Of a stretch of 64,000 nucleotides of DNA, positions 26,473-35,377 are shown in pieces; position 1 is the stretch's first letter; every line of letters starts with the position of its first letter. The notes below the pieces were generated by a model, which was not told where the DNA came from, did no database searches, and saw nothing but the letters and a program-made list of their open reading frames with translations. A program made the translations under genes and the position numbers. This DNA comes from Escherichia phage mobillu: sequence record MN850622.1. The stretch is one strand, 5' to 3'.

Positions 26473-28290
26473 ATGATTAAAAATGAAATTAAGGTATTGT
26501 CAGATGTAGAACATATTAAGAAACGTAGTGGTATGTATATTGGTTCTTCGGCTAAAGAAGCCCACGAGCGTTTTTTGTTTGGTAAATATCAACAAGTTGA
26601 ATATGTTCCTGGTCTGGTTAAATTAATCGATGAGATTATTGACAACTCGGTTGATGAAGCTATTCGTACATCATTTAAGTTTGCAAATAAAATTGATGTG
26701 CAAATTAAAAATAATCAAGTTTCGGTGGAAGATAACGGACGTGGTATTCCTCAAGGTTTAGTTACCGACCAAACAGGTGAACAAATTCCTGGACCTGTAG
26801 CAGCCTGGACTATTCCAAAGGCCGGTGGTAACTTTGGTGATGACTCTGAACGCAAGACTGGTGGTATGAACGGCGTCGGGAGTAGTTTAACTAATATCTT
26901 CTCTACGTTGTTTACAGGCATCACGTCAGATGGCGAAAACGAAATCACTGTTAACTGTTCAAACGGAATGGAAAACAAATCATGGTCTTCTAAGAAATCT
27001 AAAGGTAAAGGCACTAAAGTAATCTTCACTCCTGATTTCTCTTCATTTGAAGAGCATAATTTATCTCAAATTTATTTAGATATTACTTTAGACCGACTTC
27101 AAACATTGGCAGTCGTTTATCCTGATATCAAGTTCACATTTAATGGTAAAAAGGTTGATGGTAATTTTAAACGATTTGCTAAACAATTTGGCGAAGATAA
27201 CATCATTCAAGAAAATGATAAAGTCTCTATAGCATTCACAACATCACCAGATGGCTTCCGTCATTTAACTTATGTGAATAACATCCATACTAAAAATGGT
27301 GGTCATCATGTTGAATGTGTAATGGATGATATCTGTGAACATCTTTTGCCTGGTATTAAAAAGAAATATAAGGGTATTGAAGTCACTAAAGCTCGTGTTA
27401 AAGAATGTCTCACAATGTTGATGTTTATTAGAGACATGAGCAACATGCGTTTTGATTCTCAGACTAAAGAACGTTTAACGTCAACGTATGGTGATATTCG
27501 TAATCATATCCAATTAGATGCTAAGAAAATTGCTCAGGCACTTCTTAAAAACGAAGCCTTGATTATGCCTATTGTTGAAGCAGCATTAGCTCGTAAATTG
27601 GCAGCAGAAAAGGCTGCAGAAACTAAAGCAGCTAAAAAGGCAACTAAAGCTAAGGTTCATAAGCATATTAAAGCTAACCAATGTGGTAAAGATGCAGATA
27701 CGACATTGTTTTTAACAGAAGGTGATTCGGCAATTGGTTATCTCATTGATGTTCGTGACCGTGAACTACACGGCGGATTCCCATTACGTGGTAAGGTGAT
27801 GAATAGCTGGGGTATGTCATATGCTGATATGATGAAGAACAAAGAGCTCTTTGATATCTGTGCTATCACGGGTCTTATTCTTGGTGAAAAGGCAGAGAAT
27901 ACGAACTATCGTAATATTGCAATTATGACCGATGCCGATCATGACGGTCTTGGAAGTATTTATCCGGCTTTGCTTGCTTTCTTTAGTAATTGGCCTGAAT
28001 TGTTTGAACAAGGACGTATTCGCTTTGTTAAAACGCCTGTAATTATTGCACAAATTGGCAAAACTCAAAAATGGTTTTATACTGTAGCTGAGTATGAAGA
28101 AGTTAAAGATACACTGCCTAAGCATAGTATTAGATACATCAAGGGATTAGGCTCCCTTGAAAAGTCAGAATATCGTGAAATGATTCAGAACCCTGTGTAC
28201 GACGTAGTTAAACTTCCTGAAAATTGGAAAGAACTCTTTGAAATGTTGATGGGTGATGATTCAGAACTTCGTAAAGAATGGATGTCCTAA
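26473..28290 (+). CDS. 39: DNA topoisomerase II large subunit, gp39 with gp60-equivalent C-terminus fused (GyrB-like)
   Basis: GHKL ATPase N-terminus and Toprim region; 605 aa, i.e. the T4 39 + 60 products as a single uninterrupted ORF. Confidence 0.92.
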   Translation: MIKNEIKVLSDVEHIKKRSGMYIGSSAKEAHERFLFGKYQQVEYVPGLVKLIDEIIDNSVDEAIRTSFKFANKIDVQIKNNQVSVEDNGRGIPQGLVTDQTGEQIPGPVAAWTIPKAGGNFGDDSERKTGGMNGVGSSLTNIFSTLFTGITSDGENEITVNCSNGMENKSWSSKKSKGKGTKVIFTPDFSSFEEHNLSQIYLDITLDRLQTLAVVYPDIKFTFNGKKVDGNFKRFAKQFGEDNIIQENDKVSIAFTTSPDGFRHLTYVNNIHTKNGGHHVECVMDDICEHLLPGIKKKYKGIEVTKARVKECLTMLMFIRDMSNMRFDSQTKERLTSTYGDIRNHIQLDAKKIAQALLKNEALIMPIVEAALARKLAAEKAAETKAAKKATKAKVHKHIKANQCGKDADTTLFLTEGDSAIGYLIDVRDRELHGGFPLRGKVMNSWGMSYADMMKNKELFDICAITGLILGEKAENTNYRNIAIMTDADHDGLGSIYPALLAFFSNWPELFEQGRIRFVKTPVIIAQIGKTQKWFYTVAEYEEVKDTLPKHSIRYIKGLGSLEKSEYREMIQNPVYDVVKLPENWKELFEMLMGDDSELRKEWMS

Positions 28291-28316
28291 GCTCCTTCGG
28301 GAGCTTCATTTTAATT
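28289..28316 (+). terminator. terminator-like hairpin
   Basis: AAGCTCC-TTCG-GGAGCTT followed by cattttaatttt. Confidence 0.45.
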
Positions 28317-28332
28317 TTAATAAGGCTTAATT

Positions 28333-29433
28333 ATGAAAGTTATGTTTATCCCATCTCGCGCAGTCCCATTTAACCCAGAACGTGTACAAGGTGGTCTTGA
28401 AGCAGTACATTTAAATGTGTTGAAATATCTTGTGTCCATCGGTGCTGATATTGATTATATCGGCTTTGATAATGACACGTTTGGTGACTGGAAGGTTAAT
28501 CATCATCCTGTTGGTCATCTGACTAAATTCAGTCTAGGTATGAGTTATACTATGGCTCGTAAGATTGTTGAACTAGCCGGCATTAATGAGTACGATTTCG
28601 TTGTTACAATGGAACCGACCAAACTAACCGTTCAGGCAATTAAAGACGCAGGTCTCTCTAAAGTTCATAAGAATTTTATGGCAACACCATTTGAACCAGT
28701 ATCTCGTGGCATTGTTCAAATTTGGGACCAGACTATTCAAATTCATAAGAACGGTGGTAAGAGTTATGCTCCTACTAAAGCCTTCCGTGAATTTGAACGC
28801 AAATATTGTTATATGACTTCAGGTCTGACTGACAAAATTGATTATGATTATTGGCGAGCAAATCCGTTGTTTGAAGCCGAAGATTATCCGGTTATTTGTT
28901 TGAATGATAAACCTGAAGTTCTTCCGGCGACTGATCTGATTATTAGTGCACAACGTTATGACACTAAAATGCGTCGTACTGATGTTGCTCTTGAAGCGAT
29001 TAAAGCACTAGGCGAAAATGGTGCAGGATACTGTCCTAGTAAATGGGCACCACCAGCTAAATATCCTGTTATTATTGATGCTCCACACAGTGAAATCATG
29101 GAACGTCTTAAAATGGCTAAAGCACTTATTAATACGTGTCCTGACACAGGTACGGTAGAGAATAGTTCTATTGAAGCCATCTCTAAAGGTGTCCCTGTAA
29201 TCCAGTTAGTTTTTAAGGATTATCCTCATGCGACATTCGAATACGACCCGGATACTGTGCGTGTAGAAATTGATTCCTCTACTCCTAAGAAAGAAGTAGT
29301 TGCGCTTTACACAAAAGCTGTATTAGAATTCACTGACACATACGAAGCTCGAGTTAAACGTGCTGAAGCAGTATGGAAGAAATATAATCGAGATGCAGTT
29401 GTTGCGATGTGGGATAAAATCTTCACAGCGTAA
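28333..29433 (+). CDS. GT-B fold glycosyltransferase, candidate DNA hmC glycosyl (arabinosyl) transferase
   Basis: N-terminus MKVMFIPSRAVPFNPERVQGGLEAV resembles GT4/GT5 N-termini; C-terminal TGTVENSSIEAISKGVPVIQ resembles the GT-B donor-binding motif; sits between 39 and rIIA. Confidence 0.5.
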   Translation: MKVMFIPSRAVPFNPERVQGGLEAVHLNVLKYLVSIGADIDYIGFDNDTFGDWKVNHHPVGHLTKFSLGMSYTMARKIVELAGINEYDFVVTMEPTKLTVQAIKDAGLSKVHKNFMATPFEPVSRGIVQIWDQTIQIHKNGGKSYAPTKAFREFERKYCYMTSGLTDKIDYDYWRANPLFEAEDYPVICLNDKPEVLPATDLIISAQRYDTKMRRTDVALEAIKALGENGAGYCPSKWAPPAKYPVIIDAPHSEIMERLKMAKALINTCPDTGTVENSSIEAISKGVPVIQLVFKDYPHATFEYDPDTVRVEIDSSTPKKEVVALYTKAVLEFTDTYEARVKRAEAVWKKYNRDAVVAMWDKIFTA

Positions 29434-29449
29434 ATCCTGAATAGCCTGA

Positions 29450-29500
29450 GGCACTATTACACATAAGATGATAGATTATATGGTCTTTAGTAATAGTGCC
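29450..29500 (+). repeat. perfect 11-bp inverted repeat flanking a 29-bp AT-rich spacer
   Basis: GGCACTATTAC (29450-29460) and GTAATAGTGCC (29490-29500). Confidence 0.7.
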
Positions 29501-29525
29501 CTAGGAATCTACTGAAGAGAATATT

Positions 29526-29726
29526 ATGAGAACATATAACGTGGACTTGGAACTTTTTGATAAAGCAGTGCTCCGGGAATTCCGGCTTATCCAAAGATTT
29601 TTTGATATCGAATCAGCAGAGTCCTTTAAAGAACGCTTTAAAGAAATTCGATATAAAATACAAACCGATACAGCTACTAAAGAAGAACTTCTTGAAGTAG
29701 CAGAAATTTTTAAACGTAACTTGTGA
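29526..29726 (+). CDS. hypothetical protein (66 aa), rIIA.1 position
   Basis: RBS gaagagaatattATG; immediately upstream of rIIA. Confidence 0.5.
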   Translation: MRTYNVDLELFDKAVLREFRLIQRFFDIESAESFKERFKEIRYKIQTDTATKEELLEVAEIFKRNL

Positions 29727-29738
29727 TGAGAGAAAAAT

Positions 29739-31952
29739 ATGATTATTGAAACGGCTAAAGAAACGATTATTGGTTCTGGTGGTAAAAGCACAGCATTTAC
29801 TATTCAAGGCAATAGCAAAGTTTATAAGATTTTGTCTAATGACCTTTATACAAACAAAGAATTGGCTTGTGTACGTGAATTAATCACAAACTGTATTGAT
29901 GGGCAAATTCTTAATGGTTGCACTGATAAGTTTATTGTTCAGGCACCAGGTCGTTTAGACCCACGTTTTGTAGTTCGAGACTTTGGTCCTGGTATGAGTG
30001 ATTTCACCATTCGAGGTAATGACGAAGAGCCAGGAATTTATAACTCATATTTTGCTTCAACTAAAACATCGAGTAACGATTTCATTGGTGGATTCGGACT
30101 CGGCTCTAAAGCTCCATTAGCATATACCGATACGTTTAACCTTACGTCTTATCACAACGGCGAAGTTCGTGGTTACGTAATCTACCAAGATGACACGGGT
30201 CCACAAATTAAGCCGACCTTTGTAGATAAGATGGGTCCTGATGACCGTACTGGTGTAGAAGTAGTCGTACCGGTTAACCCGGAAGATTTTGAAAAGTTTG
30301 CATCCGAAATTGCGTATGTTATGCGTCCTCTAGGTGATATTGCAGAAGTTCGTGGTGTTAAAGATATTAAATACTTCCCTGAATTTGACGATGTATATTT
30401 GGCCAAGGAAGCTCCATGGGGTGAACGCGGTAATATCATGGCTGTTTACGGTGGTATTGTATATCCAATCGGAAGTGTTATTAAAGAACAAACATGGATG
30501 ATGACGCGATGCACTACAGCTTATATTAAATTCCCTATGGGTGAACTAGATGTAGCTCCGTCTCGTGAAGCATTGTCATTTGATAAACGTACGGTAGCAA
30601 ATATCCATAAACGCGTTGCAGAAATCGATGCTAAATTGTTCGCTGAAGATTCTAAGAAATGGATTGATTGTAAATACCCACGTCATGTGTTCCGTGAAAT
30701 TGATTCTCTTGGCTATACCGCTCGTAAATACATGGAAAAGGCTGGGTCTAATATTGAATCACTGAAATACTCTAAAGAACAACTAACTTATTCTGAGTTG
30801 TACAAACGTTTTAAAATGGGGCCTGAGTGGTGTAATCTTGGCGTCGTATATGATATCGTTGAATCCCCTCGTCTTCGTCGTATTCGTGAAAGTGGTAGCT
30901 CAACGGCAACCATTTCAATTAACAGTCTGATTGGCATTAACATTAAAAACGTTGAAATTGTTATTGACGACGTTAAGGGACGCGTTCCATTAATGCGAGC
31001 TCTTAATTCAATTGAAATGTCTAAAGACGAGGTTAAATTAACTGGTAAAGTTCCACGCGGTTTTGGTAAAAGCGTACTATTCGTTGACCCTACAGACGAA
31101 GATGCAATGAAACTTCTGGAACGCCTTAAAGTTATCTTTGTTGGCGACAACATTAACATGTACAAGACTTCAGAGCTTTTACAAATCGTTAAGCCATGGA
31201 TTGAAGTCAGGAAACGAACTAATGAGCCTCGTCCTAAATCGCCAAGTGCTCATCGATTCTTTAAGAATGAAAACGATGTTTGGGTATCAGAAGACCTCTT
31301 TATTCCGGCAAGTGAAGCAGATGAAATCCAAGGTTATGCTATAGTTCGTAATCGTTCTAATGCTGAATGTCTTGATGCAGATAAAGGTTGGTTGAACTAT
31401 GACTCTAATTTCTTGACCCGTATTGCTGATTTGTCAGATATTAAAGAGTTCACTGTAGTCCGTCCACAGATTGCTAAGAAAGTTCGTAAACTTGGTGAAG
31501 TAGAATGCTTGTTCGAAAAATCAATTAATGACTATATTACGCTAATCGATAAAGTAGATTATGATGAGTATGTATCACCAAGTCGTAGAGCACAGCCCTA
31601 TCTAAACCATATTACTCGTAATGAAGAGCTTAACTTCCTTAGTAAGTATTTTAGCTCTAAGAACAAAGAAATCAGTAAAGATTTTGCAAAACTCTCCACA
31701 GTAAATAATCGCTGGGGATGGAATCGATTCGCAGGTGCTACTAATACAGACCTGAATAAGAAGTTAGAATTGTGTGCTAAAATTTTCGATAAGCTTAAAG
31801 ATAATGCTTACGATAATGATGATAAAATGGTTATTGAATTCGAAACCAATTATCATATTGTGACAGAATACATGGGACGACGTGGTACTCTTTCAAAAGA
31901 ACAGGTCGCTCAAATCGTTAAATTCATGAAGGCCGTGGAAGCGGCCAAATAA
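29739..31952 (+). CDS. rIIA: rIIA membrane-associated protector from prophage-induced early lysis
   Basis: 737 aa; N-terminus MIIETAKETIIGSGGKS...KVYKILSNDLYTNK matches remembered T4 rIIA; adjacent to rIIB. Confidence 0.85.
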   Translation: MIIETAKETIIGSGGKSTAFTIQGNSKVYKILSNDLYTNKELACVRELITNCIDGQILNGCTDKFIVQAPGRLDPRFVVRDFGPGMSDFTIRGNDEEPGIYNSYFASTKTSSNDFIGGFGLGSKAPLAYTDTFNLTSYHNGEVRGYVIYQDDTGPQIKPTFVDKMGPDDRTGVEVVVPVNPEDFEKFASEIAYVMRPLGDIAEVRGVKDIKYFPEFDDVYLAKEAPWGERGNIMAVYGGIVYPIGSVIKEQTWMMTRCTTAYIKFPMGELDVAPSREALSFDKRTVANIHKRVAEIDAKLFAEDSKKWIDCKYPRHVFREIDSLGYTARKYMEKAGSNIESLKYSKEQLTYSELYKRFKMGPEWCNLGVVYDIVESPRLRRIRESGSSTATISINSLIGINIKNVEIVIDDVKGRVPLMRALNSIEMSKDEVKLTGKVPRGFGKSVLFVDPTDEDAMKLLERLKVIFVGDNINMYKTSELLQIVKPWIEVRKRTNEPRPKSPSAHRFFKNENDVWVSEDLFIPASEADEIQGYAIVRNRSNAECLDADKGWLNYDSNFLTRIADLSDIKEFTVVRPQIAKKVRKLGEVECLFEKSINDYITLIDKVDYDEYVSPSRRAQPYLNHITRNEELNFLSKYFSSKNKEISKDFAKLSTVNNRWGWNRFAGATNTDLNKKLELCAKIFDKLKDNAYDNDDKMVIEFETNYHIVTEYMGRRGTLSKEQVAQIVKFMKAVEAAK

Positions 31953-31961
31953 GGAAACATT

Positions 31962-32909
31962 ATGTACAATATCAAATGCTTGTCCCAAGAAGAACAGTTA
32001 GAAGCTTACGGCCTGGTTGAATCAGGCAAATGGACTCGTAAAGAAATTGCCGATTACTTCGACATTTCAACAGATACTCTTCGTAAGATTGTTAAGAATT
32101 TTAAAGCAGAAGGCGTTGTCCCTGAAGCAAACGATGCCTCTTATGTAATCGAAGAAATTCCAGAAAATGATGAACCTATTATCGGCGGACATCGTCCAGA
32201 AATCGTATGGAACGCATCATCTAAATTTATTTCAATCATTGAAGGACGCGTAGCATACAATGCGACCCCATCAAGTCATGCAAATTTTGAAGAAATTAAA
32301 GCTAATCTGGTCGCAGGAAACCTTAGTAAAGCTGTCGAACTTATTAACATCAAGAAAGCTATTAGTAAGTTTGTTGACGGTAATGTTGTTATTGAAGGTG
32401 GTAGTTTATTTTATCAAGGTATAGAGATTCGTTCTGGCCTGGTTAATCGTATTATTGATTCTATGGAAAAAGGCGAAGACTTTAAATTCTATCTACCGTT
32501 CCTTGAAAACCTGTTAGAAAACCCGAGCGAAAAAGCTGTACAACGTTTATTCGACTTCTTGGTTGCAAATGATATTGAAATCACTGAAGATGGTCATTTC
32601 TATGCGTGGAAAGTAGTTCGTAAGGACTATTTAGACTGCTATAGTGGTACATTTGATAACTCCCCAGGTAAAGTTGTTTCAATGCCTCGTACTCGAGTTA
32701 ACGACGATGATACTCAAACCTGCTCCCGTGGTCTCCACGTTTGTGCTAAATCTTATATTCGCCACTTTGGTTCAAGCTCAGATAAAGTTGTGAAAGTTAA
32801 AGTTCATCCACGTGATGTTGTATCCATCCCGGTTGACTATGGTGATGCTAAGATGCGTACATGTCGTTATGAAGTAATTTCAGACGTTACTGAATTGTTT
32901 GCAGAATAA
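31962..32909 (+). CDS. rIIB: rIIB protein
   Basis: MYNIKCL... and C-terminal blocks FDFLVANDIEITEDG, DDDTQTCSRGLHVC, VKVHPRDVVSIP match remembered T4 rIIB. Confidence 0.9.
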   Translation: MYNIKCLSQEEQLEAYGLVESGKWTRKEIADYFDISTDTLRKIVKNFKAEGVVPEANDASYVIEEIPENDEPIIGGHRPEIVWNASSKFISIIEGRVAYNATPSSHANFEEIKANLVAGNLSKAVELINIKKAISKFVDGNVVIEGGSLFYQGIEIRSGLVNRIIDSMEKGEDFKFYLPFLENLLENPSEKAVQRLFDFLVANDIEITEDGHFYAWKVVRKDYLDCYSGTFDNSPGKVVSMPRTRVNDDDTQTCSRGLHVCAKSYIRHFGSSSDKVVKVKVHPRDVVSIPVDYGDAKMRTCRYEVISDVTELFAE

Positions 32910-32914
32910 TAATT

Positions 32915-32937
32915 GGGGACTTCGGTCCCCTTTTTTC
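32915..32937 (+). terminator. intrinsic terminator (UUCG tetraloop hairpin + U6)
   Basis: GGGGAC-TTCG-GTCCCC followed by TTTTTT. Confidence 0.8.
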
Positions 32938-32950
32938 TTTAGGGGTAATT

Positions 32951-33238
32951 ATGATTCATCCATTTGACGTATCAGAATCCAAAATTGCTAATCTTCGTGG
33001 TCATCATAAGTGTAAATCAGTTTATTGCGCTAAATTGGTAAAACATCCTGGTGATGCACACTACGGCTGGTTAGAATGCGACGAAGTTGTTATTGAAATC
33101 CCACCGGTAGATGCAGAATATCTTGAAGAAGGTGACCGCATTTATTTTGGCGAACTACACATCAGAGGTATCTATGGTAAAGACGAACTTGGGGCTGTTG
33201 AGGCTGAAGAGTCTTCCGACATTTATCCTGTCGAATGA
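32951..33238 (+). CDS. hypothetical protein (95 aa)
   Basis: RBS ttaggggtaattATG; no motif. Confidence 0.5.
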   Translation: MIHPFDVSESKIANLRGHHKCKSVYCAKLVKHPGDAHYGWLECDEVVIEIPPVDAEYLEEGDRIYFGELHIRGIYGKDELGAVEAEESSDIYPVE

Positions 33239-33254
33239 GTTTTTGACTAGTGAA

Positions 33255-33731
33255 ATGAAGGTGAAGATTGCTGACACTGCTCGGTACTCGTTGAAACAAG
33301 ATCCTGACCAAAACAAAGAAGATGTAGTTCGACGTTGTAAGGTTGCAGTCTTTGCAGAGTATGTAGTAGCAAATTGGCTAGACGGATATGTTAATAAAGG
33401 TAATGAAGACGTAGAAGACCCGTACACGTATGCATGGGACGTGTTAGCCCATCCCAAATATTGTGGAATTCGTGTAGAAGTCAAGACACATCAGATGGAT
33501 TCTAAATGGATTTCTGTTACCACAGGATACAGTGGTGATTATCCGGGTGGCAACGGAATCAACATAGGGCCCTTCTTGAACCATCGAGTCGCAGATTGCA
33601 TTATTATATTAGATGTCAAAGAAACCTCACCTGACGTCTTCTCTTATTCTATAAAGTTCGTGGGAGACCATGAAGACCTAAAGAAAATCGTCCGCAAGAG
33701 CAACTACAACGGGTGGTATCTTCATCTTTAA
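33255..33731 (+). CDS. hypothetical protein (158 aa)
   Basis: First ATG after the upstream stop; track start 33111 overlaps the previous gene; lies in the T4 denB region but no motif recognised. Confidence 0.5.
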   Translation: MKVKIADTARYSLKQDPDQNKEDVVRRCKVAVFAEYVVANWLDGYVNKGNEDVEDPYTYAWDVLAHPKYCGIRVEVKTHQMDSKWISVTTGYSGDYPGGNGINIGPFLNHRVADCIIILDVKETSPDVFSYSIKFVGDHEDLKKIVRKSNYNGWYLHL

Positions 33732-33743
33732 TTTCATAAAAGT

Positions 33744-33773
33744 GTTTACAACTAAGTAGGACTATGATATATT
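33744..33773 (+). promoter_or_regulatory. T4-type early promoter
   Basis: GTTTAC 33744-33749, 18 bp spacer, TATATT 33768-33773, inside inverted repeat TAGGACTA...TAGTCCTA. Confidence 0.5.
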
Positions 33774-33799
33774 AGTCCTATCTAAAAGAGGATAACATC

Positions 33800-34063
33800 A
33801 TGAAATTTAAATTTTTCTACGCAAAACATAAAGTAACAGGCGAATTTGTTTCAATGTACAACACTGCAGATGACGAAGGGATGATTTATACCCATTTGGG
33901 TCTATCTCATTGGGACTCAGACGTGCCTTATATGTCATCTGAAGCCGAAATAACTCGTTTAGTTAACGGACATATGAACGACCATTTTAGTGTTATTCTT
34001 TCTAAAGACCTTAAAGAGGTTATCAACAAAGGATATATGGAACTTGCGGAAGTTGAGATATGA
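33800..34063 (+). CDS. hypothetical protein (87 aa)
   Basis: RBS aaaagaggataacatcATG. Confidence 0.55.
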   Translation: MKFKFFYAKHKVTGEFVSMYNTADDEGMIYTHLGLSHWDSDVPYMSSEAEITRLVNGHMNDHFSVILSKDLKEVINKGYMELAEVEI

Positions 34064-34252
34064 GCTCTAAAATGTGGATCGGAATATGGTTGCTTAGTAT
34101 CCCTATGATTTGTATAATATTTTCAATTGCATTGAGGTACTTATGAAAAATGCGCTTATTGTATTAAGAACAATTTGTGATACGGGTTTTTACATTGCAT
34201 GTTCGTTCACTGGAACATGGTTGGCTTTAACATATTTTAATGTAATTTAATT

Positions 34253-34282
34253 GTTTACATCACGGTAGGATTATGGTATAGT
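34253..34282 (+). promoter_or_regulatory. T4-type early promoter
   Basis: GTTTAC 34253-34258, 18 bp spacer, TATAGT 34277-34282. Confidence 0.55.
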
Positions 34283-34310
34283 AGTCCTACTGAAACATGA
34301 GGAACACAAA

Positions 34311-34511
34311 ATGGCTAAGCTTTTTAAAGATGTTGAAATTGGTGAAAAATTTGTTCTGAATAATGGTCAGCAGCTTATTCGTGTAGCTTCTATCGCCGGA
34401 CAAACTCATAACTGTATCGCCCCAACGTGTTGGACTCGATTCTTTATTGAAGATGACACTGAATGTTTAACTGTTGAAGAGCTTTTTGAACGTTCTGATA
34501 TAGCCGAATAA
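34311..34511 (+). CDS. hypothetical protein (66 aa)
   Basis: RBS catgaggaacacaaaATG. Confidence 0.5.
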   Translation: MAKLFKDVEIGEKFVLNNGQQLIRVASIAGQTHNCIAPTCWTRFFIEDDTECLTVEELFERSDIAE

Positions 34512-34513
34512 AA

Positions 34514-34543
34514 TTGTACAAACTCTTGAGAGCAGAGTATAAT
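34514..34543 (+). promoter_or_regulatory. T4-type early promoter with inverted repeat flanking -10
   Basis: TTGTAC, 18 bp spacer, TATAAT; GAGAGCA-gagtataa-TGCTCTC. Confidence 0.55.
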
Positions 34544-34587
34544 GCTCTCATGGATTACAAAAACATTAATCAATTGAGGAAATTAGC

Positions 34588-35034
34588 ATGTCCAAATATT
34601 TAACTCGTAAAGACCTTCTGGCAGTTGGCGGTGAAGTTGTTGCAGTAGTTCGTAATGGCGAATACGGTTCTGAAGTTTCTAAAGAGTTTCGTTCTCGTGA
34701 AGGTTTTTACTTCTTTGTTAAAGGTTCATCTGATTGGCGACAAGTAGCAGCACGATTCTTTGTAGGACGTCAACGTTCTAAACAAGGGTTGGATGCAATT
34801 CTTTCTCACATTCGTCAAGGCCGTTCGCAACTAGCCCGTACCATGGGCACTAACAATATTGAATATGACGTAATCTTTGTTGCAGCTAAGAACATGAAAC
34901 CACTGACCACTGGTTATGGTAAAGGTCAATTGGCTCTGGCATTCACTCGCAACCATACATCAGAATATCAAACACTCACTGAAATGAACCGTCTTCTGGC
35001 AGATAATTTCAAATTCATTCTGCAGAGTTACTAA
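34588..35034 (+). CDS. ndd: Ndd nucleoid disruption protein
   Basis: FYVGNQRSKQG...[14 protein letters not shown]...[20 protein letters not shown]...LADNFKF matches remembered T4 Ndd. Confidence 0.9.
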   Translation: MSKYLTRKDLLAVGGEVVAVVRNGEYGSEVSKEFRSREGFYFFVKGSSDWRQVAARFFVGRQRSKQGLDAILSHIRQGRSQLARTMGTNNIEYDVIFVAAKNMKPLTTGYGKGQLALAFTRNHTSEYQTLTEMNRLLADNFKFILQSY

Positions 35035-35086
35035 TTTATACAGGCCTATTAAGTTGGGCCTTTAATTTATTTTTGAGGTAATTAAA

Positions 35087-35233
35087 ATGGTAGCATGGAT
35101 TATTGCATTGCTGTGTTGGTCGTTTTTATTCGTTAACACTTTAGTTACAGGCGAAACAACAGTATTTCAACAGGCCGTATCACAAGGTACCTTAGCGGTC
35201 TTAGCTCTTATTAACGTGTTAAAAGGCGAGTAA
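35087..35233 (+). CDS. small hydrophobic membrane protein (48 aa)
   Basis: RBS ttgaggtaattaaaATG; hydrophobic; positional analog of the T4 ac/52.1 small genes. Confidence 0.4.
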   Translation: MVAWIIALLCWSFLFVNTLVTGETTVFQQAVSQGTLAVLALINVLKGE

Positions 35234-35373
35234 TGATTAAGAAAATCTTAGCAGGAGCCTTCGGGCTCTTGTTGTTGCTTACGGTTCTGTACTACGGTGC
35301 GATGTTTGGACTAATCCAAGTAGTGCTTTTCATTTCAGATGTTATAATGGTTATTCGTTCATTAATATGGTGA
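35233..35373 (+). CDS. small hydrophobic membrane protein (46 aa)
   Basis: TAATG coupling; hydrophobic. Confidence 0.35.
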   Translation: MIKKILAGAFGLLLLLTVLYYGAMFGLIQVVLFISDVIMVIRSLIW

Positions 35374-35377
35374 AAAT

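Noticed and set aside
26473-28290. Gene 60-type translational bypass (hop) element
   Set aside because: The 39/60 equivalent is one continuous frame; no in-frame stop followed by a take-off/landing GGA pair was seen.
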